From NCBI GenBank assembly GCA_963847705.1, contig CAWKBC010000014.1:96001-160000 (forward strand): DNA of 64,000 nt, read 5' to 3'. Position numbers and translations under genes: made by a program. The DNA comes from an uncultured Pseudomonadota bacterium. GTDB taxonomy: Bacteria > Myxococcota_A > Polyangia > Fen-1088. How positions within the stretch are numbered: the first letter of the stretch is position 1; every line of letters begins with the position of its first letter. The notes under the pieces were generated by a model. It made no database searches. It was given only the letters and a program-made list of their open reading frames with translations, and was not told where the DNA came from. Positions 9,832-19,040 of the stretch are shown here, piece after piece.

Positions 9832-11352
9832 ATGGACCTGTCGCTGACGGCGGTTGCGATCGTCACGCTGATTGGCGGCGGCGCGCTGGCGGGACTGGCC
9901 TGGATGCTGGCCAGCGCGCGGGCTCAGACCCGAGCGGAGCGGGCGCTGCGCGAGGCGGAGACGCGCGCCAGCGCAGCGACGGCACGCGCCGAGACGCTCG
10001 CCGATCAGGCGCGCCAGGCCGAGGGGCGGGCCAACGGGCTCGAGGCGGCGTTGCGAGGGGTGGAGAGCCAGCGCGCGATGGAGGCCGCACGCGCGGAAGC
10101 CCTGGCGCGCAGCCTCGAGGAACAGCGCGCGCTGCTCGACGCGGCCAAGACGCAGCTCGGCGACACGTTTCAGGCGATGGCCGGGGAAGCTCTGCGCGCG
10201 AGCCAGAAGGATTTTCTGGCGCTCGCCAGCGAGAAGTTTGGCGCGGTTCGTAAGGAGACCTCAGCCGAGCTGGAGACGCGCCAGCTCGCCCAGCAGAAGG
10301 CGATCGAGGGAATGGTGGGGCCCGTCCGGGAATCGCTCGAGAAGATGGACGCGCAGGTGCGGGCGATGGAGCTGGAGCGCGGGACGGCCTACGGCGCCAT
10401 CCGCGAGCAGATGCAGACCATCTCGGCGACCCAGGAGAAGCTGCGCGACGCGACCGGGAGCCTGGTGACCGCGCTGCGGGCGCCGGCCGTGCGCGGGCGC
10501 TGGGGGGAGATCCAGCTGCGCCGGGTCGTGGAGCTGGCCGGCATGCTGGAGCACTGCGACTTCGAGGAGCAGGTGACCGCCGTCGGTGAGGAGGGGCGCG
10601 TTCGCCCCGACATGGTCGTGCGGCTCCCCGGCGGTCGCAACATCGTGGTCGACGCCAAGGCGCCACTCGGCGCCTATCTCGAGGCGCTCGAGGCGAAGGA
10701 CGAGGAGACCAAGAGCGCCAAGCTCCGGCAGCACGCCGCGCAGGTGCAGGCGCACATTCGCAAGCTGGCGGCCAAGAGCTACTGGGAAGGGTTCGTCGGC
10801 TCGACGGAGTTCGTGGTGATGTTCCTGCCCGGCGACTCCTTTTACAGCGTCGCGCTGGAGCAGATGCCGGGCCTGATCGAAGAGGGGGTCGCGCAGAAGG
10901 TGCTGCTGGCAACGCCGACCACGCTGCTCGGTCTGCTGCTCACCACGAGCTGCGGATGGCGCGAGGAACGCCTGGCCGAGAATGCGCAGCGGATCAGCGA
11001 CGAGGGGCGCGCGCTGCACCACCGGATCGCCACGGTGCTGGAGTACTTCGCCAACCTGGGCAGCTCCCTCAACCAGTCGGTCAAGCACTTCAACCAGGCA
11101 CTCGTCTCCTTCAACGGCCGGGTGACCGTGTCGGCCCGGCGGCTCGAGGAGCTCGACGCGCGCGGAAGAAAAGAGCTGGTGGAGATCGACGAGATTGACG
11201 TCCGCGCGGCGTCGGCGAAGCCGCTGGACCGAACGGGCGAGCGAACGGGCGAGCGGCCGACCGACCGAACGGGCGAGCGAGCCGAGCGCGCGCACGCGCT
11301 GCCGCAGACGTCCCTGGCGCTGGCGCTGGCGCCGAGCAACGACGGGACGTAG
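9832..11352 (+). CDS. rmuC: DNA recombination protein RmuC
   Basis: N-terminal TM and coiled coil, RGRWGEIQL, RPDMVVRLPGGRNIVVDAKAP, FVVMFLP, ATPTTL. Confidence 0.92.
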   Translation: MDLSLTAVAIVTLIGGGALAGLAWMLASARAQTRAERALREAETRASAATARAETLADQARQAEGRANGLEAALRGVESQRAMEAARAEALARSLEEQRALLDAAKTQLGDTFQAMAGEALRASQKDFLALASEKFGAVRKETSAELETRQLAQQKAIEGMVGPVRESLEKMDAQVRAMELERGTAYGAIREQMQTISATQEKLRDATGSLVTALRAPAVRGRWGEIQLRRVVELAGMLEHCDFEEQVTAVGEEGRVRPDMVVRLPGGRNIVVDAKAPLGAYLEALEAKDEETKSAKLRQHAAQVQAHIRKLAAKSYWEGFVGSTEFVVMFLPGDSFYSVALEQMPGLIEEGVAQKVLLATPTTLLGLLLTTSCGWREERLAENAQRISDEGRALHHRIATVLEYFANLGSSLNQSVKHFNQALVSFNGRVTVSARRLEELDARGRKELVEIDEIDVRAASAKPLDRTGERTGERPTDRTGERAERAHALPQTSLALALAPSNDGT

Positions 11353-11362
11353 CGACCTCGAG

Positions 11363-12004
11363 ATGGACTTCGTCGAGCCAGCGCGCGCGTTCACGCTGGA
11401 GCTGGTCGGTGGGCGCGGTCACTACGAACGGGTCGTCCGCGCGGCGATGGAGGCGAAGCGCAGCGTCTGGATCGCCACCGCCAACCTCAAAGAGCTGATG
11501 GTCGAAGATCACCGCGCCGCCCCGGGCCGCAGGCGCACGCTGCGGACCGGCGGACGCGCCGACCGAGCCGCTTACCGCTCGATCCTGGACGTGTTCGACG
11601 AGCTGGCCGGCCGCGGAATCGAGCTGCGGATTCTGCACGCCGGGCCGCCGTCGCGGGCCTTTCGCGAAGCGCTCGCCCGCAGCCCGCGGCTGGGCCGCAC
11701 GCTGGCGCTGCGTGCCTGCCCGCGCGTCCACTTCAAGACGGTGATCGTCGACGGCGCGTTCGTCTACGTCGGCAGCGCCAACTGGACCGGCGCCGGCCTC
11801 GGCGCCAAGGGGGCGGGCCGCCGCAACTTCGAGCTCGGGTTCGCAGGCTCGGACGACGGCCTCCTCGACCGGGCGCAGGAGATGCTCGACCACATCTGGC
11901 GCGGCGCCGCCTGCCGTGGCTGCAAGCTGCGTGAGGTCTGCCCGGCCCCGCTGGATGGCGCCAAATCGCCGCCCTCCAGACGTTCCCCCCGCGCTTCGCG
12001 GTAA
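11363..12004 (+). CDS. Single-domain phospholipase D/nuclease family protein
   Basis: HFKTVIVD...GSANWT HKD motif, NFE, C-terminal CRGCKLREVCP. Confidence 0.82.
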   Translation: MDFVEPARAFTLELVGGRGHYERVVRAAMEAKRSVWIATANLKELMVEDHRAAPGRRRTLRTGGRADRAAYRSILDVFDELAGRGIELRILHAGPPSRAFREALARSPRLGRTLALRACPRVHFKTVIVDGAFVYVGSANWTGAGLGAKGAGRRNFELGFAGSDDGLLDRAQEMLDHIWRGAACRGCKLREVCPAPLDGAKSPPSRRSPRASR

Positions 12005-12030
12005 ACTCCGGTCTTGCGGCCGAGATCGCC

Positions 12031-12462
12031 ATGCTTAGCTTCCAAGCCGTGGCATTGCAGCGAGCGGACAACGAGGAGCGGGAGGGGATCGTTGGGCTGA
12101 TCCGGGAGACGGTCGACGGCCTCCGCGACCTCATCGCCGATCACATCAAGCTGGCACGGCTCGAGCTGGTGGCTGACGCCAAGACCTACGGGCGCAGCGT
12201 CGCCGTGCTGGTGGTGGCCGGGCTCGTGCTGGCCATCGGCTACGTCTTCGGCTTGATCGCGGCAGCGCTGGGCCTGGCGCGGCTCTGGGGGGCGCCGCTG
12301 GCGTTCGGCGCCGTGGCGGCGCTACACCTGATCATCGGCGGGATCGCCGTCGTCTGGGCGGTGGGGAAGATGAAGCGCACCCGGCCCATGCACGACACGG
12401 TCACGGAGGCCAAGGGCAGCATCAACGCGCTGGCGCGTCCGCTGCAAGGGCGGGTCTCGTGA
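12031..12462 (+). CDS. Phage-holin-like (YqjE-type) membrane protein
   Basis: LRDLIADHIKLARLEL followed by two TM segments. Confidence 0.7.
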   Translation: MLSFQAVALQRADNEEREGIVGLIRETVDGLRDLIADHIKLARLELVADAKTYGRSVAVLVVAGLVLAIGYVFGLIAAALGLARLWGAPLAFGAVAALHLIIGGIAVVWAVGKMKRTRPMHDTVTEAKGSINALARPLQGRVS

Positions 12463-12704
12463 ACGGTCGCGAGCTGGTCGAAAAGGGCGGCGACGGTCGC
12501 ACCTCGAACGGCAGCGACGATGACGCTCTGGCGCGTGCCGAATCCGATGTGGAGCGGGCACGCGAGCGGGTGGCCTCGTCGATGCTGGCCCTGCGCGACG
12601 AGGTGGCTCGCAAGACGGACTGGCGAAGCTGGGTGCGGCGCCAACCGGCCCCGTTTCTAGGCGCTGCCCTCGCGCTGGGGTTCTGGCTGGGATACCGGCG
12701 CTAG
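12459..12704 (+). CDS. Small tail-anchored protein (DUF3618-like)
   Basis: DVERARERVASSMLALR coiled segment, then P..LGAALALGFWLG; overlaps the upstream stop. Confidence 0.65.
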   Translation: MNGRELVEKGGDGRTSNGSDDDALARAESDVERARERVASSMLALRDEVARKTDWRSWVRRQPAPFLGAALALGFWLGYRR

Positions 12705-12742
12705 CGAAGGCGCGCCCAAAAAACTGAACGCGGAGGACAACC

Positions 12743-12940
12743 ATGGAAATCGCTGAGCAGATCGAATCGACCGTGCGCGACGTCGGCGCCCGGGTGCGCC
12801 CACAGCTGGACGACGCCAAGCGGCGCCTCACCTCGCTGAACGGCGACGTCACCGGGTACATCAAGGCAAACCCTGGGCGGTGCCTGATCGGCGCCCTCGC
12901 GATCGGGTTCCTGGTCGGCAAGATCGCCCGCCGGGCCTGA
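12743..12940 (+). CDS. ElaB/YqjD (DUF883)-like tail-anchored protein
   Basis: GGAGG RBS; YIKANPGRCLIGALAIGFLVGK. Confidence 0.72.
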   Translation: MEIAEQIESTVRDVGARVRPQLDDAKRRLTSLNGDVTGYIKANPGRCLIGALAIGFLVGKIARRA

Positions 12941-12971
12941 GTCGAGGATGAACCAAAGAAGGATGGTCGCC

Positions 12972-13355
12972 ATGGAAACCCCAGAACAGACCCAGAGCAA
13001 CGGTCACCGCAACGACGTCAGCTGGGTGAACGAATCGGCCCACAAGGCCTGGGATCGCACCCGCGGCGCGGTCTCCGAGCTGAAGCGCGCGGCAGCCATC
13101 GAGGAGCGCGTGAACCGCAACCCCTACGGGTCGATCGCGGCGGCGCTGGGGATCGGGTACGTGCTGGGGGGCGGGATCTTCACGCCGCTCACCTCTCGAA
13201 TCGTCGCCCTGGGGCTGCGGATCGGCATCCGGCTGGCTGTGCTCCCCATGTTGAAGGACGAAATTTCTGTACTCGCCGACACGCTCGCCGGCGAGGGCGG
13301 CGAAACCAAGGGGCGGCGTGGCGGAAAGGCCGCGAAGCCGAGCGGCGAGCGTTAA
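12972..13355 (+). CDS. Hypothetical membrane protein, DUF883-like motif
   Basis: VNRNPYGSIAAALGIGYVLGG; co-directional in a small-protein cluster. Confidence 0.65.
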   Translation: METPEQTQSNGHRNDVSWVNESAHKAWDRTRGAVSELKRAAAIEERVNRNPYGSIAAALGIGYVLGGGIFTPLTSRIVALGLRIGIRLAVLPMLKDEISVLADTLAGEGGETKGRRGGKAAKPSGER

Positions 13356-13371
13356 CCTCAGGAGGAGACCA

Positions 13372-13653
13372 ATGAATTTCAAAGATCTGCGCAATCTGGA
13401 CAAGGACGACCTGCTGGGGCTGATGGGCCTCGAGACCAAGCACTCCACCGCCGGCTACCTGGCCGGGACGCTGGGAACCTTCGGCGTCGGGCTGCTGGTC
13501 GGCGCGGGGATCGCGCTGCTCCTGGCCCCGAAACCGGGCAACGAGCTGCGCGAGGACATTCGCGAGAAGCTCCGCCGCTCGCCATCGGACGAGTCGATTC
13601 CGTCCGCGCTCGGTCAGAACGAGACCCTGGGCGGCATCGGCAAGACCTACTGA
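13372..13653 (+). CDS. YtxH domain protein
   Basis: AGGAGGAG RBS; GLLVGAGIALLLAPKPGNELREDI. Confidence 0.85.
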   Translation: MNFKDLRNLDKDDLLGLMGLETKHSTAGYLAGTLGTFGVGLLVGAGIALLLAPKPGNELREDIREKLRRSPSDESIPSALGQNETLGGIGKTY

Positions 13654-13774
13654 CCAGAATCCGCCTTCGGCTTTGCCGCATGGGGTGGGCCCGCAGGACG
13701 GGCCCGCCCCTCTTGCGTATGTGAAAATGGACGGGCCCCCTCGGGGGTCTGATACTGGTCCGGCGGGAGCTCCG

Positions 13775-14092
13775 ATGCGCCGGGAGACCAAGACATGGGC
13801 GGGCCGACTGACCGCCGCGGCGGTCGTCTCGTTCGTGCTCGCCTACGTCCCGTACCATCTGTACGCGCGGTCCGGGCTGGCCAAGACCATCGCGCTCGGC
13901 CGCGACCTGGCCTCGATGCGCGCCCGCAACCACGAGCTGGCGGCCGAGAATGACCGGCTCGAACGTGAGGCCCGGGCGCTGCGCGACGATCCGGCGGCGA
14001 TCGAGCGGGTGGCGCGGGCCGATCTCGGCTGGGTGCGCCCGGGGGAGATCGTCGTCGACCTGGGCAAGCCGTCGGCAGAGCGGTCCCCATGA
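13775..14092 (+). CDS. Septum formation initiator (FtsB/DivIC family)
   Basis: TM, coiled coil, DPAAIERVARADLGWVRPGE. Confidence 0.85.
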   Translation: MRRETKTWAGRLTAAAVVSFVLAYVPYHLYARSGLAKTIALGRDLASMRARNHELAAENDRLEREARALRDDPAAIERVARADLGWVRPGEIVVDLGKPSAERSP

Positions 14093-16266
14093 AGCCTCCC
14101 CTTTCTGAACGGATCGGCTACCAGACGGGGCGGTTCGTCCGCGCGGTGCTGGCGTTCGCCGTCTGCGGCGCGTTCCTGGCGCTGTTCTGGCGCGGCTGGT
14201 TCCCCGATCTGCACCTGCCGGGGGCCGATCTGCGCCGGGTGGCCGCGGCGGCGGTGCTGACCGCCCTCCTGGCCTTCAAGATCCTGGCGCGCGTGCGCAC
14301 CTCCGAGCGGCGCCGCACCCCTCGCCGGGAGGCGATCTCCGACGCGGAGCTGGGGCTGCTGCTGCTGACGACCGTCTACCTCCTGCTGGCGTTCTCGGGC
14401 GGCGTCACCTCGGCGATCTATCCGCTCGTCTACGCGGTGGTCAGCTTCCTGGTCACCTTCCACCGGCTGTGGGTCGGGCTGCCCCTGGCCGCGGCGGCGG
14501 TCGGATTCGAGGCGGTGCTCTCGTTCGGTCCCAGCGCCTCGCCCGAGGCGGCGGCGGCCTTCCCGGGGCACGTGGTCTTCATCGCGGTGTTCGCGCTCTT
14601 GAACGTGGTCTTTCTGCACGCCGAGGTGGCGCGCCAGCGGCGCGAGCGCCGGCGGCGCCTCGAGGGGGAGGTGGAGGCGATGCGCGAAGAGGCGCGCGAC
14701 TTCCGCCTCATCACCACGGCGCTGTCGTCGGAGAACCGCGTGCGCAGCCGCGCCGAGGAGCAGGAGAAGCTGTCGCAGGGGTCGATCCAGACGATCCACC
14801 AGCAGCTCTACTACAACCTGGCGCTGCTGCGCTCGGCGTTGCAGCTGCAGACCTGCGCCCTCCTGTGGCTCGACGAATCGGGCGAGCGGCTGAAGGTGAA
14901 GGAGCTGGCCAGCGACTCGCCCCACATCGCCGAGGGGGGCATCGCCGCGGGCGGCGGCGTGCTGGGCGCCATCTTGAAGGAGCTGCACCCCTTCGCGCTG
15001 GAGGCGCCACGTCTCTCGCTGCTCCCCTATTACGGCGGGCCGGCGACCGTGGGCGCGTTCGTCGGCGTGCCGGTGGTCGAGGGGCGCGCCCCGCGCGGGA
15101 TCCTGGTCGGCGATCGGGCCGGCGAGCACAAGTTCGACGACGCGGCCGTGGCGCTCATGGCCAGCGCCGCCGAGCAGGTGGTGCGGGTCGTCCAATCGGA
15201 GCGGGTCTTCCAGGCGGTCGAGCGCTCCAAGCACGAGCACGAGCGCTTCTACCGCGCCTCCGCCGAGCTGAACCGCGCGCTCACCATGGACGAGGTCTAC
15301 GCCGCGGCCATCGCCGGCGCGCGCGGCGTCTGCGAGTTCGACTTCGCGGCGGTCGCCACCTTCGACGCCCGCCGCGGCAGCCACACCATCCGCTGCGTCG
15401 TCGGCGAGGCGGCCGAGCACCTGCTCGGCACCACGCACAAGGACCCCTCGTCGATCGCCTCGATGGCGGCCAAGAACAAGCTGGCGCTGCCGGCGGGGGG
15501 CGAGTGGCGCGAGCGCGACGTGCCGGTCTTCTCGCACCCGATGCGGATCAAGGATTACGAGTCGCTGCTGGTGCTGCCGCTGCTGGTGAAGGACGAGGTG
15601 ATCGGCACCTTCACCGTCGCGGCGCAGCGGCCGGGCGCCTTCCCCACCGACAAGCGCGAGATGCTGGGGGTCATCGCCAACCAGGTCGCCATCTCGATGG
15701 CCAACGCCCGCATGTACGAGGTGGTCGAGGAGCAGGCCACCACCGACGGGCTCACCGGCCTGGTCAACCACCGGACGTTCCAGGAGCGGTTCTCGAACAT
15801 GCTGGGGCGCGCCGAGCGCCGCAGCTTCGCCGTCTCGCTGCTGCTGACCGACATCGATCACTTCAAGAAGGTGAACGACACCTACGGCCATCCGACGGGC
15901 GACGAGGTGCTGCGGCGGGTGGCGGCCATTCTCAAGGCGAGCGCGCGCAAGATCGACATCGTGGCCCGTTACGGCGGCGAGGAGTTCGCCATCGTCCTCG
16001 AAGGAACCGATCGGCAGGGTGCGTTTCAGCTGGCCGAGAGGATTCGCCAGGAGGTCGAGCAGCAGAGCTTCGCCTCGCAGCAGGGGGCCTTCCAGGCGAC
16101 GCTGTCGATCGGCGTGGCCAGCTACCCCGACGACGCCCGCGAGAAGGCCGACATCATCGCCCGCGCCGACCAGTCGCTCTACGCCGCCAAGCACGGCGGC
16201 CGCAACCGCACGGTCTGTTTCGCCGAAATCGAGCGCGCCCGGCCGAAACTGGCGGCGGCGAAGTAA
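14089..16266 (+). CDS. Membrane diguanylate cyclase (TM-GAF-GAF-GGDEF)
   Basis: DGLTGL, DIDHFKKVNDTYGH, RKID I-site, RYGGEEF; two GAF-like segments. Confidence 0.92.
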   Translation: MKPPLSERIGYQTGRFVRAVLAFAVCGAFLALFWRGWFPDLHLPGADLRRVAAAAVLTALLAFKILARVRTSERRRTPRREAISDAELGLLLLTTVYLLLAFSGGVTSAIYPLVYAVVSFLVTFHRLWVGLPLAAAAVGFEAVLSFGPSASPEAAAAFPGHVVFIAVFALLNVVFLHAEVARQRRERRRRLEGEVEAMREEARDFRLITTALSSENRVRSRAEEQEKLSQGSIQTIHQQLYYNLALLRSALQLQTCALLWLDESGERLKVKELASDSPHIAEGGIAAGGGVLGAILKELHPFALEAPRLSLLPYYGGPATVGAFVGVPVVEGRAPRGILVGDRAGEHKFDDAAVALMASAAEQVVRVVQSERVFQAVERSKHEHERFYRASAELNRALTMDEVYAAAIAGARGVCEFDFAAVATFDARRGSHTIRCVVGEAAEHLLGTTHKDPSSIASMAAKNKLALPAGGEWRERDVPVFSHPMRIKDYESLLVLPLLVKDEVIGTFTVAAQRPGAFPTDKREMLGVIANQVAISMANARMYEVVEEQATTDGLTGLVNHRTFQERFSNMLGRAERRSFAVSLLLTDIDHFKKVNDTYGHPTGDEVLRRVAAILKASARKIDIVARYGGEEFAIVLEGTDRQGAFQLAERIRQEVEQQSFASQQGAFQATLSIGVASYPDDAREKADIIARADQSLYAAKHGGRNRTVCFAEIERARPKLAAAK

Positions 16267-16373
16267 CGTCCCGCATCCAAGAACCTAGAATCTTACGTCT
16301 CCCCCTTTGCGTTGGGGTTCCGCGTGCCTACGGTTGCAGGACCACTTTTTCAGTCATTCCCCGAGGCCATACC

Positions 16374-17537
16374 TTGATCACCCGAGGGCGTCCGGCGCGC
16401 CGAGAAAACACACAACCGGTCTCCTCGCTGAAGGAGAGGGATGAGCGCTTTCGCGTTCTGGTCGAGAGCATCCGCGACTACGCGGTGTTCATGCTCGACC
16501 GCGACGGGCGGGTGGCCAGCTGGAACACCGGGGCGGCCCTGATCAAGGGGTATCAACGGGAGGAGATCGTCGGCAAGCCGATCGACCTCTTCTACACGCG
16601 GGAGGACCGGGAGAACGGACGTCCGGCCAGGCTGCTGGCCCAGGCGGCCGACGAGGGGCGCATCGAGGACGAGGGGTGGCGCGTCCGCAAGGACGGAACC
16701 CGATTCTGGGCCGACGTGGTCATCACCGCGCTGCGGAACCCGGCCGGCGCGCTGATCGGATACGCCAAGGTGACGCGCGATCTGACCCAGCGCCAGCTGG
16801 CAGAAGAAGAGCGGCGGCGGCTCGACGCAGACCGGATCCGCGCGGAGGAGGCCCTGCGCATCCGCGACGAGTTTCTCTCCGTCGCCTCGCACGAGCTCAA
16901 GACGCCGCTCACGGCCCTGCAGCTCGAGCTCTTCGGGATGCGGGCACCGATCGAGAAGACCGGGGACGATCGGCTGGGACGAAAGTTGGCGCGCGCCGCG
17001 CGCAGCGCCGACCGACTGTCGCGGCTCATCGAGATGCTGATGGACGTGTCACGGATCGCCAGCGGTCGGCTCACGCTCAACCTCGAGCCGTTCGATCTCC
17101 GGGAGGCGATGCAGCAGGTCGTCGAGACGATGCGGGGGACGGCGGTTCGGGCGGGCTGCGACCTCTCGTTCCATCCCTCACCGGACGGCGGGCCAATCGT
17201 GGGGACCTGGGACCGTCTCCGGGTCGAGCAGGTGGTGATGAACCTGCTGTCGAACGCCTTCAAGTACGGCAGTGGCCGGCCCGTCACGCTCTCCCTCGCC
17301 CGCGACGGGGACCAGGCGACCATGGAGATCCGCGACCACGGTCCGGGAATCCCGGAGGGAGATCTCGAACGGATCTTCGAACGGTTCGAGCGCGCCACGG
17401 CTTTCAGCGACCACGGCGGCCTGGGGCTCGGTCTCTACGTCTCGCGTGAGATCGTTCGCGCTCAGGGGGGCTCGATCGTCGCACGCACGCATCCCGAGGG
17501 CGGCGCCTGTTTCACCGTCCGCCTTCCACTCGCCTGA
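16374..17537 (+). CDS. PAS-domain sensor histidine kinase
   Basis: DYAVFMLD...SWN PAS, SHELKTPL H-box, NLLSNAFKY, DHGPGI, GLGLG; TTG start with GAGG upstream (uncertain). Confidence 0.88.
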   Translation: MITRGRPARRENTQPVSSLKERDERFRVLVESIRDYAVFMLDRDGRVASWNTGAALIKGYQREEIVGKPIDLFYTREDRENGRPARLLAQAADEGRIEDEGWRVRKDGTRFWADVVITALRNPAGALIGYAKVTRDLTQRQLAEEERRRLDADRIRAEEALRIRDEFLSVASHELKTPLTALQLELFGMRAPIEKTGDDRLGRKLARAARSADRLSRLIEMLMDVSRIASGRLTLNLEPFDLREAMQQVVETMRGTAVRAGCDLSFHPSPDGGPIVGTWDRLRVEQVVMNLLSNAFKYGSGRPVTLSLARDGDQATMEIRDHGPGIPEGDLERIFERFERATAFSDHGGLGLGLYVSREIVRAQGGSIVARTHPEGGACFTVRLPLA

Positions 17538-17560
17538 TTCGCGCACACCGGGATTCCTCG

Positions 17561-18424
17561 TCAGCCGACCAGCGACGGAAGGATCTCGTCGATCGGGGTG
17601 GTGACCCGGACGGTGCGGTCGCCCTTCGGTGCGATCAGGCCAGCGGAGAAGCCGGCGTACATCTCGGCGAACGCCTCGGCGACGTCGGGCGGCACGCCCG
17701 CCTGCTGCAGCGCCGCGACGTGGCCCGCGGCCGGGATGTCGACGACCGGCAGCGCCTTGCCGAGAAGCTTGCCCAATTTCTCGGCGATCTGGCGCGACGA
17801 GTAGGCCGGTCCCACCAGATCGACGACCTCGCTGCGCTCGGGCGGCGACTTCAGCACCTCGGCGATGGCGTGGCCGACGTCCTGCGTGGCCACCTGGGGC
17901 GCGGGGATGTCGGCCGTCGGCAGGAAATTGGGAAAAATCCCCGCGTTCTTCGCCGCCGAGACGGCGCCGGCGACGTTCTCCTGGAAGCTGCCGGCGCGGA
18001 CCGCGACCAGCTTCGTGCCGGTCTCACGGAACTTGTTCTCGGCGTAGTGCAGGCTCTTGATCGGGCCGTTCTTGTCGGCCCGGTCGGCGCCGACCGAGGA
18101 GAGCATCACCACCAGCGGCACGCCGCCCTGCTTGATGCCGGCAGCCAGCGCATCGGCGCTCTTGCGCTGAGCGCTGTAGATGTCTCCGGTCGCATAGTGC
18201 GGCGGGATCAACGTGAAGAACCCGTCGGCGCCCTTCACCGTCGAAGCCACGAACCCGGCGTCGTCGAGTGAGCCGACCGCGACCTTGGCGCCGCGCGCCG
18301 ACCACTCGGCCCCTTTTTTCGCCTCCCGCACGATGACGGTGACCGAATCCCCCGCGGCGAGCAGATCGCGCGCGACGACCGAACCGACGTGCCCCGTCAC
18401 CCCAGCAACCACGAACTTCGACAT
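17561..18424 (-). CDS. NmrA-like NAD(P)-binding protein
   Basis: VAGVTGHVGS Rossmann motif, LSSVGAD, VATQDVG; GAGGAGG RBS. Confidence 0.88.
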   Translation of the reverse strand: MSKFVVAGVTGHVGSVVARDLLAAGDSVTVIVREAKKGAEWSARGAKVAVGSLDDAGFVASTVKGADGFFTLIPPHYATGDIYSAQRKSADALAAGIKQGGVPLVVMLSSVGADRADKNGPIKSLHYAENKFRETGTKLVAVRAGSFQENVAGAVSAAKNAGIFPNFLPTADIPAPQVATQDVGHAIAEVLKSPPERSEVVDLVGPAYSSRQIAEKLGKLLGKALPVVDIPAAGHVAALQQAGVPPDVAEAFAEMYAGFSAGLIAPKGDRTVRVTTPIDEILPSLVG

Positions 18425-18613
18425 TGGCGCCTCCTCTTTTGTTAGCAATCTTGAGGTTCAAGATGCAGGGCGCCATGCCCGCGTTTCAACCAGTGTCGGA
18501 AATTCGTCGCCTGGAGCGCAGGCCGGCTTGCGGCCCGGAGAACGATGCCGCCCCGGGAATGGCGAGCGGGGCCACTCATCGCGGGAGGTTCGGGGCCCTT
18601 CCAGGGTTCCGAG

Positions 18614-18979
18614 CTACTTGCCCGGCGACTTCACCTTCACGTCGTTGGTCGTCTCGGGGACCAGCTTGCCGTCGTCGGTGGGGCGAAAGCGGATCTCGGT
18701 CTTGACCTCGATCACCAGCTTGGCGAGCGCCTTGCCCAGCTCCTCGTGAAGGTTGAGGTGCTCCAGCCAGTTGCGCATCTCGCCGGCCGCCACGCGCATG
18801 ATGTCGTCCTTCGACCGGCTGGCCGCGCCGACGCCGGCCGAGACGGCGCGGCGCACGAAGTCGGTGATGCCGGTGCGATCCTCCGCGCGGCCGGTGGGAT
18901 CGTCCTCTCCCAGCGGCTCCGGCGCGCCCTCTTCGTCCCTGGCCCCGCCGTCGCCCTTCTTGTTCCCGTCCTCGCTCAT
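18614..18979 (-). CDS. Hypothetical protein
   Basis: GC-typical ORF, DFVRRAVSAGVG...IEVKTEIRFRP. Confidence 0.6.
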   Translation of the reverse strand: MSEDGNKKGDGGARDEEGAPEPLGEDDPTGRAEDRTGITDFVRRAVSAGVGAASRSKDDIMRVAAGEMRNWLEHLNLHEELGKALAKLVIEVKTEIRFRPTDDGKLVPETTNDVKVKSPGK

Positions 18980-19040
18980 CGCGACGAGGTTACCGCGAAA
19001 GAGGTCGAATCGTGTGACCGGCGGTCGCCGGGGTCTTCGA

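Noticed and set aside
11228-11290. Short repeats at the rmuC 3' end (also the 9-bp repeats at 4940-4966 in HMGR)
   Set aside because: Low-complexity slippage in disordered termini; no sign of a separate function.
12031-12462. Prophage suggested by a holin-like gene
   Set aside because: No endolysin, integrase or structural genes; this family is common in stress operons.
13843-16194. Long antisense and alternate-frame ORFs (also 18990-20786, 31881-33914, 39104-41386, 61827-63869 and others)
   Set aside because: Shadow ORFs from high GC3 codon bias opposite well-supported genes; no motifs.
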